Part shown: positions 1-13,299 of the stretch, one piece after another
Numbering within the stretch: the first letter of the stretch is position 1
Layout: each line of letters starts with the position of its first letter
DNA from: Thalia democratica
Lineage: Eukaryota
NCBI GenBank assembly: GCA_965202585.1
Contig: OZ241826.1
Location: 71,734,001 to 71,798,000, forward strand
Length of the DNA stretch: 64,000 bases
Reading direction: 5' to 3'
Program-made: the position numbers and the translations under genes
Notes under the pieces: generated by a model
The model's database searches: none
What the model saw: only the letters and a program-made list of their open reading frames with translations
What the model was told of the DNA's origin: nothing

Positions 1-3000
1 AGTCAATAGAAAACAAACGCACCTCATAAAAACAACAGTTATCGTGTTGCAATTTATTTTTTTTAAGCTGTCTAAAATGAAATCCTATTTCTGTTCACCT
101 TTTGTTTATCGTAAAATAGGTATGAAATATCTTAAACACATTATAATTTTTTTGCTGTTTTGAATTGTTTATTTATTCTTGCCTAATTTGTAATATATCT
201 AATCTAGAAGTTGAAGAAAGTTTTTATTAGCTATTAATAAACAGCTTGTTATTTTAATGCACTACCAGTTTCAACAAGGAACTAAAAGGCAAGCGCCTAA
301 GTTCATTAGTATGTTGTAGTAGCAAAAATGAGCAATAACTAAGGTTATTATTTTTTAACATGTTTTTAATTTAAGTACTTACGCATTTAAAGTCATTATT
401 GATTTTTAACAACGTACAGTATTTTTTTAAGAAGTATATATCCTTACTTTTTTCTGGCTCTATATTTTAAAAGGAAAAAACTAGGATAGATCATAGTTTA
501 CAGTAATAACATAGAATTAAAAAAAAGATGTAACAAGTTTGTAACTGTTTAAGTTTGGTTCATAATATGTGTTAGTTAATCAGATCTTAACTTTTATACC
601 TACGCTCATAATAAACTATGTAAGTTTATGAAGTTTCATTAATTTTTTAGTCATAAAGCCATTTTACCATTTTGTACATGGAACATAATTGCATAAAAAG
701 CTGTATATCTGAAAAACAAAAATCGTACAAAATTGGAATTTTTCTGAAAAATTATTCAGGCTTATGGTATAAAAAAATAATGAAAAAAAAAGTTTACAAC
801 ATCATTAAACTCACTTTAATAAGTATGATTAAAAAAAATTATTAAATTTGGAGAAAAGCTTGTATAAATAAATAAAAAAATCTCAAATTTTTTAAAGGGG
901 CCATACTCAAAAAGTCAAACCCCAGTTCAATGGATTTTTTTTAATTAAAAACAAAGGATCGTTCTCTAGAATAAAAATAAAAACGTTTTGATAAGGATAA
1001 TAATTTGGTCTTAAGTTTGGACATTTTTATAAAATTCCTAAAAAACGCTCTCAAGCTAAGTTCACGTTCGTTAAAAAAGTATTGATATAAATTAAAAAAG
1101 ATCGCGTCGTTAAACCAGTACAATAAATACATACACTATAACCGTTATTGAACATTTCACTACAAAAATACTTTTTATGAATTGAAACTGTTATATGTAA
1201 TAATGCAATCAACTACTGTATTTAATTACATCATAATTATTGAAATACAACTTGATAAATAATCTAATGTTTAGATAAATGAAGCATTACTTTATAGAAA
1301 TAACAGTCTACTTTTAGGAACGATAAACTTGTGTGTGTAATGATTTTTTATATAGTTATGAATTTTAAGTCTCTTAATGTTAAATATCACAGTTTAAGTT
1401 TCTATGAAACCGTGAAAAAGTTTCATAAAATAAGTATAGGTTTTGGACTTACACTGTAAATGAGTTTTGCTTTTTTTTTGTTCGTCAAGTCACAAAACTG
1501 AGATGCATGAGTTTTAATACATATATTGTAACGAAAGCTTTAAATACTGAAAGTTATGTAAAAGATAACCAACAAAACCTAATATACAGTACACGTAGTA
1601 TAAGCTTAAATTGCTATTTTAAAAAAGCGTGGTCAATGTTAAGAAGTAAACAAAATTTTAGTCATATTAAGACATTGAAACTTTAAAATTGTATAAAAAA
1701 AATATGTTCAACGTAGCAAAACACTATTAGTTCTAGTTTTAAATAGAAATTTAAAATTAGAAGTAAATCGAAGACTGCAACTCGTAAAATGTAAGTGGAT
1801 TGCAAATCTTGTAGAGATTATGATTTCAAAAAAACAGAATACTAAAACAATTACATGTCATTTAATATTCAATTCAACAAACTTTTAATCTCAGTAGACT
1901 AGAGCAACACAAAACTAATTGTTAAGTTTATTTTATATAACAACAACGTAGATATAACTTCACTTTGAATTAAATAATTGTAATTCACTCTCGAAAAATA
2001 TATAAAATTTATATATTTTTTGTACTTGTCGATAAAAATCTTAGTTGTGAGCTTTTATTTTTTAATTAGCTATTTTGTTAAGTCTATATATATAAACCCT
2101 TAGAAAGAATTAAACGAAAATTATAATAAAAATTTTTTAATTAAAAATATCTTGTTGCGTGTAATATCTAAAAACTAATGGTTCAGAACTTTTAGTAAGT
2201 ATTTTTTTCAAGTTAAAAATTTTTAAACTTATGAATAATTTTTCTAAAAACTATAAATTGAAAAGGAATAAATATTTTGTGAAAACATAGGTAGGTATCT
2301 CTTTACAAGTCTCGTAATCTTATTTACATTGTTTGATAATAAATGAAACAAAACATAAAAAAAGTCTAAACTGAAGAAAAAAAGCTGTAACTACTAATAA
2401 TAACACTAAACAAACACCAATTTTTAAAGATATCAAAAGTAAATTATAGTATATTTAATAACTTAAAAATTAAATACTTAAATTGCGTTTTGTTTTCAGT
2501 TTTAAAGGCTATACACTACTTTAAAGTATAATTTGGAGTGACAAAATAAAATAGTGTAAATACCTAAACTACTACAATAAAATATTATTTAAATTGTACT
2601 TGTATACAAACTTTTTCTCACTATAATTTTTCAATTAAAAAACACTTTAGTTCTAACGTTTTAGTATAAAAAATAATTTTATTTTACATTTTCCAAGTAA
2701 CTTTGACTAAATAACTTTAAGTACTTATTTATTAAAATTAGAATTAAGTAATCTTTTAGATCAAGTATATTAATAACTATTTGAAGAACATATTTAACGA
2801 TTTCTTTTTATTATTAACTGAAATTTAAGAAAGATTGTATGTTTAAAAGTAGAAAAGAAAAAAAAGAAGACAAGCTATTTCTAAAACACAATGGTAATTT
2901 CAGTTGATATTAACTTAAAATAATATATCAAATATTTGGTACATGTTTAAAATATAAAAAAATTAACAAGGTAATAAAAATGCTTTATTTCAAGTTCTAA

Positions 3001-3173
3001 AAATATAAGTATAAATTACAAAACTTAGTGATACTTTCAAAACTTATAAACTTAAAATAAAAACAAACGTCATGATTTATAGAACTATTTTTAAGACAAT
3101 CAACATATCAGTCAAACTAAACACACAAAAACCTTCAACATTCATTATCTATACTATCTCTTTATATATCTAA

Positions 3174-6100
3174 TTACCGCTGGGGAAGGTCAGAAAAATC
3201 ACCAGTGATTTCACTTGAAGGCGGTAGGTTTGTTGTTGGTAAACTTCCACATACAAATTCCGCCTAAAAACCATACAATAAATGTTAAGTTAAGATTTTG
3301 GTTTAGGTAATTGTACAAGCATGTTTAAGTATTTAATACTATTTAAAAAAATTAGTTTATTACTAATGACATATTAAATGAAAAAAAAGTATATGATATG
3401 GGTATATGATTAGTATACATGTTATTATTTGCTGATCATCATTGCGATATAACAACTATTTTCAAAGATTATAGCCATAAAATCTAAAACATTTTTATTT
3501 ACTAAAAAATTATTAGAATGTAATAAAACCCAAACAACCAGTTAAATACCAAAAATTGTAAGAAAACTTGAATTTTTCATATAATCACAACTTTGGTTTC
3601 AATTAATTGGATAAATTGATTCTGTTTTAATTTTATTTTTCAAATATTGAAAACAGTTTTAATTATAAAATAAATATAAAAAATAGTAAAAATGTTTTTC
3701 TTAATAATTTAAACCAAGTCAATTAAACTTTTAAGTACTTTTTAATAACATAAATACTTCTCTTCAATTGAAAAGTATGATACTAAATTTGCTTTAGTAT
3801 AAGTTTAAAAGTAAACATAACTAAACTAATTTAATATAATAGTTTAATTTCTTTATTTCAATAAAAAAATTAACTTAAAATATATGTACATATATAAATA
3901 TATTTGTTACTAAACAATGAACTTCACCATACGGCTAACAACAACAGCATTCGAGACAACCCACTACCCGTTTCGTCCTTGTTACGACTCATCAGGAAGG
4001 CATATTCGCTGATGTTGTTGAACTTGTGGTGAAGTTCATTGTTTATATCAATGGCAAAAAATATGTCAGCTTTGTTGATGATGGCCGAAATAAACACTAG
4101 GTCATATTGTTGTTAGAAAACTTACAAAAAAAATATCTATACAAAGATGGAATAGTAGTGACGCAAAAACCAAAATACATAAACAACAAATTAAACAACA
4201 GCATTTTAAATAATATTATATGGAATATATTAAAAAGCATCAACTGTAAGTTACAGGAATTCGAATATTTGAATAAAAAAGTCAGCCTGAGTTTTATCAA
4301 ACTTGCCTTGAGTGAGCTTAAGGTTATGACAAAATAAACAAAAAAGTAGTAATAGTTAAAAACTGAAAAAATACTACAAATAATTAAAGCTGGAATACTT
4401 AAAAACCAAAATTATAATACTAAAAGTTATTCAGGGTTGCCACAAATAGAGTTGAAAACAATTTCCTAACTTTTCTATGTAATTTGCTTGACTTTTTTTT
4501 TATGTATTTTTTATAACTTTTTGTAAGTTTTCTCGAACTTCCAATTTTCATGTTCAAATACTCAAGAAGTACCACTATAAAACTTTCTTTAAATTGTCTT
4601 AAATTGTGCACAATGTATTTTTGAGATAATTGCCACATGTAAAATAACTTCCAGCTAAAATCTAAGGAAATCGAATTCCAACAAGGTGAAAGTTTCTTCA
4701 AATCGTCTAAAATCTTGCACAGGGTGTTTTTATGGTACTTGGCAAACGTAAAAAATTTTTTAGCTGAAAACTCAAAGGTTGTCAATATTTATAGCTCTAC
4801 CCTAATGAACACCTATTGCATTAAAAATTATTTTTATCATCATCTTTAACAAGCCATTCAAAAATTTTTTTAGAAAGCCAATAATTCTTAAAACATGTTA
4901 GTTTTGACTTTGAAATAACTGAATTATGATATATCTACAAAAAATTTACACAAATATTATAAACTGATCTAGAAAGAAAAACAGCAATGATTAGTCTGAG
5001 TTTAAAAACCCTATACATAAAGTATATGGTTTTCTGTGCAAGTAATTCTAATTAAAGACCTTAAAACTAAAAATAAATTTACTCTCTACCACATAGTAAA
5101 TACTTATTAAGTCAGATCATAAAAGTTTTAAATTATTCCAAAAATTCAATTAAACCCTGAAAAAGATAAACTGCAATAGTAATTTTTTTAGAAAACAACA
5201 TTAACAAATTGCAGTTTTATTGATAATAAACTTTCTTAAAAGACCATCATTATATCAATTTTCTTGACATTTCCTTACTTTTTTTCAAACCCCCCCACCC
5301 CATTTTTTCCTGACTTTTATCTTTTCTTTATTTTTCCTTACTTTCTTGACTTTGTGGCAACCTTGGTTATTACTTGAAAAAAAATATCTAATTGAAAATA
5401 GTTTTTAAAAAGAAAAAAAAACTTAATAGTCTGCAGGTCTCAGATACCTGAATGAATGTCAAGCCATAAACTATTTTTAAACTACCTCAATTTTTCTAGC
5501 TTCCAGCTGTGATTGTGCAATATCAACAAGAGCTTCCTGGAGTTTGTTGAGGCCTTTCTCACCTTGCTCGATGAGTACCCTCAGCTTTTGAGCTTCTTGT
5601 AAGTTGTCAGCTTCCATTTTTCTCAAGTATTCTGCCTGTAGAATTAAATTTTTATCTAGCTAGCAGCTATTATAATTTAATAAAATATCATTACAACCCA
5701 TATGTTTTTTATAGGTTATGCAGTATTGTAAATAAAAAAAGGACGAGTAAATTTATAATTAATAAAATTTGATTAAAAAATTTTCTATAATTTTTGATAT
5801 ATGTTACCAGTTGTTTTGTTTCTTTACGATGTTAAAAATGTATATAAACTAATATTAATAATATATAATTGCAAACAAGTCAAACTCAACTATAAGAGAT
5901 ATAAAAACATATTCTAAATATTAACAAGTAAAAGTATTTAAAAATAATCTTTTAATTGAACTTTAGCAATAATAAATAAATAACAAAATGTTAGAAAAAA
6001 AATCACACTAAGCTGAGTAAACAAAAATAAATTTTGACCATAGAATTTTCTTTATTTGAAAATAACCTCAATGGCAAACTTATTTAAAAATAATTTAAAT

Positions 6101-9100
6101 TTTCAAAAATTATTTCTTTGTAGTATAAGTAGAATGATACTTGATCAAAACTTACTATTTGAGTTAAGCTAATCCAAAAAATAAGTTACCTTAGTGCAAA
6201 CAAAAAATAGCTTATTCTATACTTAAAACGTTTACCATACACTTGCTTGATTAATAATTTTAACTTATTTTGAAAACAGTAAACAACAAAAATTTTATTT
6301 AAATAATAACCTAAAATTAATATGGCAGGTTTTAGAGAATTAGTTTACAACTTAGTACAAAAGTTAACAAGCTTTGCAAAAACGATATATCAAATAACTT
6401 TACTTTTATACACTTAGTATCAAACTAACTTAGTATCTAACTAACTACATAAGACTTTAATAGAAATTATAAACTAATACAATAACTTATTTATAATTGA
6501 AGTATCAAATAAAAGAATATATTTTATTTTTTAGTAAAAACAACATGACCTAGTAAAATATAAAAACCTGTTGTTCTACAGTACTATCTTCAGATGGAAG
6601 TGTGTCTACAATAACATTGATATCTTTTGCCGCTCTGAAGATATCATTACAGTAGTTTTTGACAAGTTCTGTTTGTTTTTATTACTAAGATATATTGTAC
6701 AAAAAATTTTTTATTTACTTTAACAAAATTATAAAACTACTCATTGTTGTATTCTAGACTAAAACTAAGTAATTAATACAGTATTTAAAAACTAGTTTTT
6801 AAAAATTTCTGAGTAAAATGGATAATCTACTGCACCATAGAGCGTTCTTTAGTATAAATACAGTTGTATTTAAACTTTTGTAAATATAATTGGTATATAA
6901 GATAACATAATACGTTATGTTGCATTTAAAATTATCTACAGTTATGTTTGTATTTTGTACAAAAAATACTAAGTTGAAAGCTGTGTACTTAAGTTTATAT
7001 TAAAAGCAAATTTTTAATAAAATAAGAGCACCAGTTAAACTTTGATAATAGTTTAATGTTGGACAAATTATACTATTATAAACAAGTAAACAGTGCAATT
7101 TTTTAAACTAAATAAGTAAAACTAAGCAATAAATAAAAAAAAAATTTAAAATCATTGTTGTAATATAAATAAAAAGACTTATAAATTTGAAACTTGGTAT
7201 GTGACAGCAATTAGTAGTCTTCTATTAAGAAGAGGCTACATTATCTGAAAAAAGTTCTATGGGCGTAGTACAAAAAAAATCCTTTAAAGGCCACAAAATT
7301 TTTATAAAAAAATTTGTTTTGAAATTAAATCATATATAACAGAAAGGTGTAATAAATAAAATATAAAAGGAAGCAAACTATACTCAAAATCAAAAATAAA
7401 GCATGTTTAGTTAAAACGCAACATTGTAAGCTATAAAGTTTTCTTGGTTAACCTCATTTAGCCCTAGCTGCAGTTAGTAGAACTCTGGCTTATAACATGT
7501 AAAAAAAAAATTAGATAGTAACTTTTTATAAATCTAAACCTGAGTTTCCCAAATTATTTTTTATAGTCACCTCTTTTTCAAAGGATTTAAAAACAATTGC
7601 CCCCTTCATTACAAACCAGAAAATATCTACTGTAAGTTAGTTGTTTCTGGCTTGCTAAATATTGCCCCTCTCCCCAAATTACTAGAATCACTAAAAAGGG
7701 TGATATCACCTAAATCATTATTAATGGAAACAAAGCTTAAAGTTAAATATAACTGCTTATAAAATATTTCATTCTTTTAAAAATATTAAAATACCAACAT
7801 TTAAACATGCATTACACTTATAAACAACAAATTACCATCTGCATTGTACTGCAGGTTGGTTGGTGAAACCTTTTCAAAGTCAGAAATAGCTGCAGCAGGT
7901 GCCTGTTGACCCAGTACACCTATGCTATCACACATCACTGAGGACATCTAAAAAATATTAAAACCCTAACATAAAATTGTTAATATTACTTTTCAATTAA
8001 GTATTAATATAAACATTAAAATATTTACAACTCAAAAAAAAAATCTGGTTTTATAACATATACAACAATAATGATTGTATAAATAAACAAAAAGTAAACT
8101 TTTAAGCTATAAGACCATCTTTCAAAAATATTTAAGCATTTTCACAGCTTGGTCTAAGTTTGTAGATTTTTAATCAACCTATACCAGTTAGCTTATAATG
8201 TTGAACTTTTTAAATTTTAAAGTACAAATACAAAAGTAATAATTTATTTACTTTACTCAAGATATTTTGCTTTTTGTCATGCAAGCTATACTTTTTAAAA
8301 GTTTGAAGCTCATTTTTTATAACCTAAGAGAAGATAGATTACTTAAGAATATGAATGAAAAATGAAGTTAAAAAATAGCTCTTCTTATTTATGTATTAAA
8401 ATATTTTTTCAAAACAAACTACAGCTCAAAAGTTAATTAAAACTTTATATAATCAAATATAGCTTATTGTTCATACTTATAACAAAAGTATTTTTTATGG
8501 TAGTGGCTTAGAAACATTTATTTTTTACCTTTATACACAAGTACTTAGTTTCAGTTACATAAAAATTATTATTCTTTAAAAATGTTTAATAAGCAACAAC
8601 TCAAAAAGTTATATTTATTTGAAAAAATATAAATTTCTATGCACATCTTATTTATAAGATTATGAGAGTAAAAAAGAAAAGACCATTTATATATTAACTT
8701 CTAAATTATAAAATTAAGTATATTTCAAAACTTATTTTAGTCATATCTAAAAAATATTTAAAGTTTTGCAATATAAAAATGCTTAAATAATTTCCTTTTA
8801 AACATATATTTTCTAGTTGTGGCAATTAAGCATTTTTTTTAAATTTGAACTAACAGAAGTTAAAGAATAAAGTGGACAACTTTGTAACAAAAAAATTATT
8901 TTTGAGTCTAACTGTTTAAAATATAATAAAAAACTTGAATTTCTACTACTTACATTTAAAAATTTATACTTATGTAGGGCTAGCAGCAATTTTTTTATAA
9001 AAAAAAAACCAACCTGGCTAGTAAACTAAAGTCAGTCTGAGCAGAAAAAAATGAGTCAGCGAAATAAATAAAGTTAATTTTTCATCTTATTTCTTAACTA

Positions 9101-9701
9101 TTTAAACTTTACTTTTTGACTAATGTTTAATATGTTCAGCTAAGGTGGGTTAGGGATAAAAATATTAATTTAAAAAAAATATTTTTTTTTCAATCCTGAC
9201 TCTGCTTTTTAAGCTCAGACTAACCTTAGAGTATACTCTCCAGCCAACACTTAATACTTATAAAAATTAAATTGTAGAACATAATTTTCTATTTGAATAA
9301 GATTTATTTAAGCACTGACGAGGTCTTTGACCGAAACTTAGTTTGCAAAATAAATTTTTGAAAGAATAAATATATTGTAGAACATAAGTTGACTAAAATA
9401 TATCAAAGTATTGAAAACGAAACCAACTTAATCTCATTTACACTCTTAAAAAATTATACAGATTTTTTTAGAAAAAATTAATAAAATGTTACTAGAAAAA
9501 AAAAAATTGTATTTTTCTAATCTAACAAAAATGTGAAAATGTTAACTATCCTGAGCTGGCCTAAAAGTGTGGCAAATCCTGTTTTATAGTTGAACTAGTA
9601 AAACATCTTAAATTACTATACAGTTAAAGGTAAAAATAAAGTTATAACAATAAACAAACCATATTTACAGCATCTTGCAGTTGAGTGAGTCTATCAGACA
9701 T
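3174..9701 (-). CDS. MED21: Mediator subunit 21; exons 9701-9660, 7947-7836, 6668-6568, 5635-5486 and a probable last exon 3263-3174 (164 aa); read-through of exon 4 would stop at 5477
   Basis: Spliced translation MSDRLTQLQDAVNM-MSSVMCDSIGVLGQQAP...AAKDINVIVDTLPSEDST...LQEALVDIAQSQLEARK matches the MED21/SRB7 pattern (MADRLTQLQDAVN...ALADIAQSQL). GT-AG boundaries have consistent phases 0,1,0,0. The last exon is the least certain part. Confidence 0.93.
3912..4046 (-). ncRNA. Long hairpin capped by a degenerate hammerhead-ribozyme-like core (MED21 intron 4, sense to MED21)
   Basis: Minus strand reads CUGAUGA-GUC-GUAACAAG-GAC-GAAAC. The flanks pair (CAGC/GCUG, AACAAC/GUUGUU, and a 19-bp perfect inverted repeat TAAACAATGAACTTCACCA). 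Stem III and the cleavage triplet register are imperfect. Confidence 0.4.
4432..5365. mobile_element. Non-autonomous TIR DNA transposon remnant
   Basis: TIRs CAGGGTTGCCACAAA (4432-4446) and TTTGTGGCAACCTTG (5351-5365). GTTATT flanks both ends (possible 6-bp TSD). Subterminal tcctgac/tccttac repeats are present. The internal 121-aa ORF is not recognised. Confidence 0.6.
9014..9243. mobile_element. Small MITE-like element (degenerate TIRs); a related end occurs at 11244-11273
   Basis: CTGGCTAGTAAACTAAAGTCAGTCTGAGC (9014-9042) is inverted relative to GCTCAGACTAACCTTAGAGTATACTCTCCAG (9213-9243) and to GCTCAGACTGACTTTAAGTATACTAGCCA (11244-11273). Confidence 0.5.
9302..9355 (+). ncRNA. Minimal type I hammerhead ribozyme motif (Penelope-type), antisense within MED21 intron 1
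   Basis: CUGACGA 9315-9321; stem II GGUC/GACC; GAAA 9333-9336; stem III AC-UUA-GU; triplet GUU; stem I GCA/UGC extended by AUUUAUUU/AAAUAAAU. Confidence 0.7.
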
Positions 9702-10340
9702 TTTAATAAATATTCTAAATGTTCATATTTTATTACAACTTAACTCAAAATTTGTAAGTAACATTTAAATATAATCATCTTTTGAAGTACAAAAAGAAAA
9801 TAAACTTAACATATAAATTTATGAAAAACCAAAGCAATTAAATAACATTTTTGAATTTTTGGCAAAAGAATTCTTTAGCATTAAGAAAATTTTAAACTGT
9901 GTTTTGAAATAAAAGCTCAACTTATTTAGAAGAACAAGCTGTTATATTAGCCAATACTGATATGCTTTTAAAATCAAAAATAAAATATTTTAATAATAAA
10001 TTATGCTTAGGCTATTTATTTTTAATAATGTTTATACTTAAATGAAACTGTGACCTAGATTAGTAACATACATTAGTAAAAGCTTTAGTTTTAAAGTAAT
10101 AAACTCAATATATGAAAAATCATTACAAAGTGATTTAATCAAACACTATTGTTTAGTTTGAAAATTAGTCTTATTTAAAAAAGATAAAATTTCTATCATA
10201 ATACTAAATAAATAAAAAGCACATGTTGATAAAATTTACTTATTAATTAGTCTTATTTAAAAATATTTTTGAATGAATTATATAAAAACATAATAAGGGA
10301 TCTAACATAAGTAATAAGTATATTAATAGTGAGTTTTATT

Positions 10341-10703
10341 TCACTCATTTTTCTCAGAAAATGCTTTTACTAGTGAGTACAGTAAAGGTACACTATAAGA
10401 AGAGTCACTTTCTTTAACATTCAACTCTTTACAAATAAAATCTCTATCCAATCTTCCATTTGGTTGTCCAGACTCAGCTACTAAAACAGATTCTGCATAT
10501 TTATAGTTGTTAAAACTTAAATACTCTCTTATTAGTTCATTTATCATTAGATTTTCGTTGCTTAGTTTAGGTTTTTCATTGCTAGGGTCATCTAAGGCTT
10601 TAAATACTGCTGCTCTCAGCTGAGACTGAACTTCATTTACAATTCCTTTACTTTCTAATGTTTCCAATAACACTTTTTTTAGTCCTTCAATAGTTGCCAT
10701 CAT
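10341..10703 (-). CDS. FOPNL: FOP N-terminal-like / CEP20 (LisH-type centrosomal protein), single coding exon, 120 aa
   Basis: MATIEGLKKVLLETLESKGIV..QLRAAVFKALDD..LSNENLMINELIREYLSFNNYKY..SVLVAESGQP..LDR.FI..ELN..PLLY matches FOPNL/CEP20 as I recall it over the full length. Confidence 0.92.
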   Translation of the reverse strand: MMATIEGLKKVLLETLESKGIVNEVQSQLRAAVFKALDDPSNEKPKLSNENLMINELIREYLSFNNYKYAESVLVAESGQPNGRLDRDFICKELNVKESDSSYSVPLLYSLVKAFSEKNE

Positions 10704-12484
10704 TAATTTTCAGTAAGTTACTGTCTCTTTCAGGTTCTAAGCAAAATTAAAACAGCAACTTTAAACTGAAAATATTCATGGTCGAGTAAGCACGAACTGC
10801 AATACTTATTTTGTCAATAAGTTTATTTTAGTCATATTAAGTTCAACTAACGACAAATTTAGTTCAAAAAATTTAAGAAAATTTAATGTTTTAATTTTTA
10901 TTTAAACGCAAAATTATAATTTTTTTTTTGCTTGTTTATGGTTCAACTTTTTATAATAAAAGCCATAATATTGTTTATGCAGCTTGGCTCAAGCCTTCGA
11001 AAACAAAGTAAGCTAAACTATTAATTTATAATAAAATAAAAATATACTGAAAGAGGTCAGATTGATCTGCATTTTTCCTGATTCATCAATTATTTTTAAA
11101 GCTTTTTTTGTTTTTTTTTACCCTTGTGCTTATCTCTAACACACCTTAACAAAAATATAAAAGTTAATTAAAAAGTAAAGTTTTGATAATTGAATCTAAA
11201 TATAACATAAAAAAATTTTTTTTTTGCAGACTTAACTTTTTTGAGCTCAGACTGACTTTAAGTATACTAGCCATAATTAAATTACATATTACTACATAAT
11301 GTAAGGTAATTTATACTTTTACTCAGTAAATTTAGTAAAAAAAAAAAACTTTATTTTAGTAATGCACTTTATGTAAATTTTCAATCTTAACTGGAATTAA
11401 AACTTATTTAAAGTAAGAAAAAAAATTATAATTAGTTATCATATGAAAAAACTGTGCGTGTAAAGATAAAAACTTTTTAAAAATATGGAACAAACTAGTA
11501 CAAAAACGGTTCAAAATTAAAATTTAAGGTTTTTTACTTTGTCTCCACTTTCCTGTAACTGTTTTGTTAATTCTAAGTTTTTTTGACCAAAATAACTATT
11601 TATTATGCATTTTATAAGGTCTACGACACAACAACATTTTAAACTACTTTAGCTCTTTTAACAACTGGTAAATTTAATATTTTTTATCTATGAGCTGTTA
11701 TATATGTTTTCTCTTTCTCATTCCAATTTCTATAAATTACAAAATTTATCGTATAACATACATTTATAATAATTTTTTAATGTATCTAGTCTTAATGTAT
11801 CTAGTTATTAATGTTTTGACAGTGTAGCAAAGCTATATTAATTTTTTTTTAAAGATATAAAATTTAGATTATATGCTAATTTAAAGTCGGTCACCTCAAT
11901 TAAGTTTGATTATAATATATCTTTATGCTATACCAAAAAGGAGTCAAGTCACTGATTTATAGTTAGTTGAAAGGTATTATAATATTAAATTTTTACTTTA
12001 TTTAATTTAAGCCAAGTTTATCTATTTAAATTTTTAGTTTGAGTAACTTACGGTGTACTTCTAAGAATAAAAACCATTTAGATGTTTTTTACTTGATACC
12101 ATGTTTTCATAATAGCTAAAAGCTGTAGACTGAAAGATTCAGTTTATCTATGATAGAATTATTTTAAAACTTTAAAGGTATTTCAATTTAATTTCAAAAA
12201 ACATATGGATATATTTTGAAAATTTTGACAACGTAAAGTTTTTAAACTATTCAGATTTTTTTAAGTATAATATTTTAATCAGATTTTATTATTTGGTAGA
12301 AAAAAATTTAGCTTGTTAAAGCGATTGTTACAATCAATTTCAGTTTTATGTTTTTTTTTTTAGCAATTTTATTGAGGTTTTAAATTATTGTGTACTATGG
12401 TACTTTAAACACCCAACAAAGATATTGTTTAGTTAACTGTTTAACTTATAAAAATACTTTCGAATTGTGGGTTATGAAATTTCT

Positions 12485-12521
12485 CGACTCGATAACGAAG
12501 TGGTCCTTTGACCAAAATTTC
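12485..12521 (-). repeat. Copy of a short dispersed repeat (other copies about 22623-22673 + and 62396-62443 -)
   Basis: Shared core ATTTTGGTC(A/CT)A(A/G)GGACC...GTTATCGAG at three loci. Confidence 0.55.
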
Positions 12522-12695
12522 TTTGAGCACCTTTTTGTTTTTGTTCAACAAATTTCCAAACTATCAATAAAATAAATTACTATTTATAAGTTATTAGTAC
12601 ATTGTGAATCGAATAACAAAACTTAATATCGAATTATAAAACACACATAACCATTTTCAAAACAATACCCAGTTAGAAAACAGAAGAAATATAGT

Positions 12696-13051
12696 CTATA
12701 ACACAAATGTTGTTCGTAGAAAAACGTAAGATAGTATAAATAAATAAGGTAAATTAATTAAACAAGACGTATATCGACAACTTTTAGTACGAAAAGTGGA
12801 TTTACAACTCACCAATAACAGAACGAGCAAATAACAGAACAGTAAAAAAAGTGTTATCACGGCACAAATGCAAAAATAGTATTGCTGCTTGATATACAAA
12901 TCAGTAGTGCTCCTCCAATGGTATATTGATGATACGATGGTCATAGTAATTGTAAACGAGATTACAGCATATTGAATTAAATAGACGATGATGATTAGAC
13001 GAAAGACTTTTTTCATATCCATATACAACTCGTAGTCATCACCTTCTACTC
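12696..13051 (-). other. Orphan candidate terminal exon encoding about 3 hydrophobic helices
   Basis: CAG acceptor at 13052-13054, then an open frame of about 118 codons in AT-rich DNA with three hydrophobic stretches. No family recognised. Confidence 0.35.
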
Positions 13052-13299
13052 CTGTTTTAGATTTTAACGATTAATATTCCAACAATAATAGTAAGATAAA
13101 TTACATTCGATTTTCAGGTTAAATTTTTTGTACTTGGTTTGAGTTGCTTAAACTTTTCAATAAAAAAAATATTATTAAGAAAAAAAATTATTCAGACTAC
13201 AGTTTAATTAGAAACCACTATAAAAGTTAAGTTTAATTTTTTTTTAGAATTATTTAAAACGCTTTCACTTACTTTATAGATATACTTTTATAACCACTA

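Noticed and set aside
4097-4785. ORFs 4107-4337 and 4420-4785 as genes
   Set aside because: No recognisable motifs or splice support; they lie in a MED21 intron, partly within a TIR element.
9015-11273. Inverted repeats bracketing FOPNL as a Pack-type transposon capture
   Set aside because: The interval also contains MED21 exon 1 and a nearer partner end exists at 9213-9243; independent MITE copies are the simpler explanation.
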